Assembly: GCA_013265495.1 (NCBI GenBank) | Contig: MU060042.1 | Span: forward strand, 6,072,258 to 6,136,257 | Direction: 5' to 3' | Length of the DNA stretch: 64,000 nucleotides | Origin: Vicugna vicugna | Taxonomy: Eukaryota | Part shown: one piece after another, positions 59,190 to 64,000 of the stretch | How positions within the stretch are numbered: position 1 is the stretch's first letter | Layout of the letters: each line of letters opens with the position of its first letter | Translations under genes and position numbers: made by a program | Notes under the pieces: model-generated | Seen by the model: the letters and a program-made list of their open reading frames with translations, nothing else | The model's database searches: none | What the model was told of the DNA's origin: nothing

Positions 59190-60990
59190 AAAAGCTTTTT
59201 ATTTGAGCTATTTTAAACTTGCAGGGAAGCTGCAAAATCAGCACCGAGTTTTCCTGTGACCCACCCGGCTTCCCTTCGCGTTAACATCTTGCGTTGGTCT
59301 GATGCATTGACGCGGTTGGAGCCCAACTCCGATGTCACCAGTCTCCCCCCACGGTCACCCTCCAGGACGCGATTCGGAGCCTACCCCACATCCGCTTTCT
59401 GTTTCTCCTGGTCTCCGCAGTGCGCAGGAGACCTCCAGTTTTCCTTTGCCTCTCGAGGTGCTGACACTTCAGAAGGATGTGCTCAGCCTGTGGGAATTAC
59501 CAGCTTGACACAGCTGAGCTCTGCTGTCAGACGGGTCCCCAGCTTCTCAGGCTGGTTCTGCCCCGCACCCCGGGAGGCTGGTACGTGTTACGTGCACAGC
59601 GCATGGCTCTCTGCCCCGTCTGCATTTTGGTTTCTTTGGCAGGAACTCTGGGTGTGAGAGCCACAGCCACGCGGAAAGGTGCCCGGGAGGACTCCTCCTC
59701 GTCCCAGCTCCGCCCCCTTCCTCCCTGCCTGCCAGGTAGGGGACCATCTCCGAGGTCTCCGGTTTCTCCTTCCCGACATCTTGTCACCATCAGGCAGACA
59801 CCTGTGTGTCCCTGTGTGCCACCCGTCCCACCGGGGAGGGCGCACCCTGGCTGTGCCTTTGAACAACCACCCTGGCAACCGCTCCACTGTGTGGCCCACC
59901 CTGTCCATCCAGTGACTCCCCTCTGCCCAGGCAGTCGGCAGTTCCTGTGTCTGGTGGTGGCCAAGGCTGCTGCACGTGAACCTTCCTTTCTTCAGGGCTG
60001 ACTCCGCGCGGTGGGACGGCAGCCGCACAGCGCGCAGGCGCAGGCTGCGTGGCGCGGGCTCCCGCGCAGGCCCCCAGGTGGGCGTGGCCTCCTCCCGCCG
60101 GGCCGCCGCGCGCGTTGCTGGGTCTGCGGCTTTCTCTGGGCTCGTGGATGAGAAGTGACGTCTCAGAGTTGTTCTGACTCGCACTTCTCTGATCGTGAGT
60201 GTGCTTGAACATTGTCCCCATACGCTGGAGGGCCATTTTAATCTCTTTTTTATTAAAAATACATGTTCGTGGTGTTTCTCCCGTTTCTCTGCGGGGTCTT
60301 TGGTCCTTTGCCCCCGTTTGTAACAGTTCTTTACATCTGAGCTTTCTCCTCCTAGCTTTTCCGTCGCGAGGTGCTCCTGGCTGTTCCTGCACAAACGAAC
60401 ATTAGTGTTAACGTGCTTCACTCCATGAAACAGCTTGCTCTTTTCCACTGAGGGTGAATTGAGTCTATAAATTACCTTTGGGAGAAAAACGCCTTTATAA
60501 TGTTGAGTTATGCTATCCAAGAACAGGGGACTGCTGTCCTTTTGCTCAATTCTACTTTTGTGTTTCCAGAGTGCTTTAAAATTTTCCTTGTAAAAATTGT
60601 ACAGGTTCCTCATGGAATGCGTTCCTTTTTGTTGCCGATAAATAAACTTGTCCATCCTCACATCCTCCGTGTATTGTCTGTACATAGAAAGGCTGTTCTT
60701 TTGTAGCTACTTTGCTGAATTCTTCTGCTTAGCGAGTAAAAGTTTTATTGCTGACTCTGAGTTTTTCCAAGGACACATGGTTTTACTACCTCTTTGCCCG
60801 CACTGTGGGGTTAATTGATTTTTGTTGCCTAATTGCATTAGTTGATGCTTCCAGCATAATGTTGAATAATATCAAAGTTAAATTAAATGCATTATTTTCT
60901 GTTGCAGAAGGTATAGGAATGAGTAATCACTTGTTTAATACAATTGATTTGAAAAAGAAATTACCAATTAGGAATCATCATGACTGAAAA
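59190..60990 (-). mobile_element. L1MC/L1MD-type element (3' end plus internally deleted ORF2)
   Basis: ttttatttgagctattttaaacttgcagggaagctgcaaaatcagcac (3' end). Minus ORF 59588..60685 carries ORF2-like words NLYNFYKENFKAL, FLPKVIYRLN and CSSTLTIREVRVRTTLRRHFS. Confidence 0.85.
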
Positions 60991-61504
60991 GTGGAAGTTC
61001 AGCTATTTGGAGGCTTGGCTTTGGCTTACGCTTACTTTCTGCTCAGGGAACTCAGATTTCCTCTTCGGTGTTTGCGAGGAGGCTGCAGGCTCTCACTGGG
61101 TCCGTGGGGGTGGCCTCTGCTGGTCTTTTATGAGGACACGGTGGAAGCCTCGGGCCTCCTTCTGGGGACCAGCCTAGGGGACCCTCACTTAAGGCCACGG
61201 GGGAGTCCACAGGGACGTGGAGAGGCTGCAGCCCACCTACTCTTGGGTGCAGGGGCACCGGCTCATGCAGGACATGGGGATGGGCAGAGGGGGGAAGGGG
61301 CGGCTGGGATCCGCGAGAACTTCAAACCATCTCCTTTATGTTCCCCATGGTTTCAGTAGCTTGTCCGGTAAAAACATCTGCTCCACGGTCAGCATCCAGG
61401 GCCTGGCTGGACCAGAGCTACAGCCTCTTAGGCCAGGATGCCCCCCAGGCCCAGCAAGGGCTCAGGACCCCACCAGCCATGCAGAGCAGGGGACTCGGTA
61501 GCTT

Positions 61505-61590
61505 AGGGCAGCGGCTCTCAAACTTCTCGGTCTTAAGAACTATTCAGGTCATCAAAGAGCTTTCTTATGTGGGTTTAGAAACCCCCCAAG
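61505..61590. mobile_element. hAT-Charlie DNA transposon terminal fragment
   Basis: cagcggctctcaaacttctcggtctt...aagaactattcaggtcatcaaagagctttcttatgtgggtt. Confidence 0.55.
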
Positions 61591-63699
61591 CCTTGGGGTC
61601 CCTTGACATGCTGGGGGCCCATCCACTGCCTCCAGTTGTCGGAGGTGAGAGACACTCAGGATGGGTTTGGGAAACTCTGCAGAGAAAGACAGGTGTCCCG
61701 GGGCATACCACCCCTTCCCGGACCTCCTTCCCTCCAGACCACAGGCCCCGAAGTGAGCGAGGGGCGACTCCAGCCCCCCACAGCCCCAGGCACCTTAACA
61801 GAGAGGGAGTGTGGATGGGAGTCTCTCTCCTCTGGGCTCCAGAAGCTAAAGTACTTATGTGAATAGCTATTTCAGAGAAAAGGACGGATTTAACAGACAT
61901 TTGCACATGAATGTACTAATTATAATCCTCTTACCTGTACACTGAAACAGAATTAGCAGCTACAGTTGTGCGGGAACATAGTAGTCTTTCCGAGAACTCA
62001 TAGGCACACAGGCGGAAAGGTGCTTGGGTCCCCATGGGGGTGCCTGTGGAGTCTGCAGACTCTGACCGACAGTGGCTGAGGGGACCCAGGCCGCCCCTGG
62101 AATGGCTGTGCCCCATGAATCGTGGAACGAAGTCCAGGGCCAGAGTGAGCCCAGCAGTGCAGTCACCTGTAGGGCCATGGTGCACATGGAGTCAACTGGG
62201 CTGCAGGCGGCTGAGGGCGGGACCAGTGGCCTGAGCCACAGAGACTCCTGGGCTCCGTGGACTCAGAGGGCAGCTGCCTTGGGGGAGGGAAAAAGGGGCA
62301 GGCGAGGGCATTGCTGGCAGGTGTCCAGGAGGGGTCGGGTCTGGAGGGGGCAGGGGGGCAGAAGGAGCCCCGAGTGGGCCCCAGACAGGCAAAGCACAGG
62401 GAGGGGGGCTCCAAAGGGACGCTGCTTGACCATCCAGGAAAGGCTGCTGTGGGGCAGGGCGCACGGTGGAGCCCCCCGTCCAGGCGGGAGCCTCAGGGGT
62501 GGGCTGTGCTGGGGGGCTTTCTGTGTCTACGAGTCATTCTGGGCCAATTAGGATGAGCCCACGGGGACAAGGAGTCATTAGGGAGGTGGATGAGAACACA
62601 GGACACAGAGTGGCCTCCAGAAAGACTCCTTTCTCCCCAAAACAGGAGACCGTGTGTGGGGACCTCTAGTTGGACCCTTGAGGCCGTTGTTCTCACATTT
62701 CAGGGTGACACCCCGAGCGCCTGATTCACTGATGAGAGGCAGAGAGGAGACAGGAAAGAGGAGCTTTTCTGAAAAGCTATCCTGTTTCCATTTGTCTTGT
62801 CAAAACCCTGCCCTTAGAGTCTGTGCTAAGGGCACTGTGTTTTGTTTGGGAAAAGTGCAGTCACCATTGCAAGGTCATTTATTTGGTAACTGGAATAACC
62901 AGAAACGCCCCCGGGGAAGGGAAGTGCTCCACCTGGGACTGTGGTCCATGTGGCCACAGCAGATTTCAGGGGGCCACGGAACCCCAGCCTGGCTGTGCAT
63001 TGTATGAGGAGATGAATTATTTCCTGATCCTCTGAGTCCACGACCCAAGCAAGGTCAAAAAGCCGTGCCCTAAAGAGGGGTTGACATGTTGTTCCAGGGC
63101 TTGGAGACGCACCAGCAGAGGGCTCGTGAGACAGCAGCGGCTGAAAAGGGCCCCCTGGGATGAGCCCCGACGCGAGGACACCGGCCGAAGGTAAGAGGGC
63201 CCTGCTGCCCACGGGGAGAACAGGCGTCTCTTAATTAAACAGTCGCTTAAAGAGTTTCGATGAAGACACCTGAAAACCAGGGCCTTCCTCAGAGGTTAAC
63301 ACACAGTCGGGAGGACGATGGGGCTTCGGAGAAAGAACCAGAGGGGTGAGCTGACCTTCACGAGGGCTGGGCACCTTAGACACACGTCCCCACAGGATGG
63401 CTCCCTGGAGCCCAAGGCTGCACCGGGGAGGAGGGTGAGACAGAGACAGAGTCAGAGGGAGGGGGAGGGGGAGACGTGGCTGTGAGCAGCACTGAGTGGA
63501 GGACTCTGGCTGGCAGCAAAACCATGAACTTGGGCCCCAGAGAGCCTGTGTCCTGTCCCCTCTCCCACTGGGCTGTCGTCAGTGGAGACTGGGGAAGGAA
63601 CCCCCACCCCTCCCCACCAATGATGAAAAGTGCCCTCCTGGAGGGTCAACAGAGTCCAGGTGGGGAAGCCGCCCAGTGTGAGGTGAAGCACCTTCCTCA

Positions 63700-64000
63700 C
63701 CTGCTCTATCAGTGGCAGAGGAAGCCAACAGGATGTTCAGATATGCCTCCTAACACAATACCCAGAATGTCCAGATTTTGTTATGAAATCAGTCATCACA
63801 CCAAGAACCAGGAAGATTTCAAACCAAATGGAAGTGGACCACCACTGACAAGAACACTGAGATGACAAGAGAGATTAGAATTATTCGGCAAAGGAGTTTT
63901 AGAGCAGCCATTGCAAAAATACTTCGGTGAGCAATTACAAACAGACTTCAGGCAAATAGAAAAATAGAGCATCTTAGCAAAGAACTGGAAAGTCTCAGTG
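63700..64000 (+). mobile_element. L1M 5' region/ORF1 start, running off the window
   Basis: aaatcagtcatcacaccaagaaccaggaagatttcaaacc...gagatgacaagagagattagaattattcggcaaaggagttttagagcagcc; reverse complement of the family motif at 14.2 and 54.5 kb. Confidence 0.75.

Noticed and set aside
47250-64000. KCNG2 coding exons
   Set aside because: No T1/BTB or S1-S6 potassium-channel sequence in any frame, so the KCNG2 assignment rests on synteny only and no gene symbol was given.
1-64000. An embedded prokaryotic or viral system (operon, defence island, intact ERV, rRNA/tRNA genes)
   Set aside because: No dense ORF blocks, gag/pol/env motifs, paired LTRs, or tRNA/rRNA-like segments were seen; composition and repeats are mammalian throughout.

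Overview
GC-rich placental-mammal genomic DNA, not prokaryotic. It carries the 3' half of CTDP1 (FCP1, the RNA polymerase II CTD phosphatase) on the + strand: coding exons 6-13 (1793-18986), 3' UTR and poly(A) signal at 19691. Then come about 26 kb of intergenic DNA and a strong CpG island (about 46.0-47.8 kb). By synteny (human order CTDP1 then KCNG2) the island is probably the KCNG2 promoter with non-coding first exon(s); no KCNG2 coding sequence is in the window. The rest is old L1/L2/MIR/MaLR/DNA-transposon remnants, short tandem repeats and one 133-N gap. I saw no lineage-specific SINE. Main oddities: (1) a +1 frameshift at the start of CTDP1 exon 8, rescuable by a downstream AAG acceptor; (2) a candidate in-frame alternative last exon with its own AATAAA; (3) a 95-nt last intron whose retention gives an NMD-escaping truncation; (4) A-to-G changes at FCP1 phospho-sites; (5) a 7-copy ~49-bp array inside the CpG island; (6) an old L1 segment that has become CpG-dense. 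Comparisons to human sequences and repeat consensus are from memory, not searches. Repeat boundaries are approximate.
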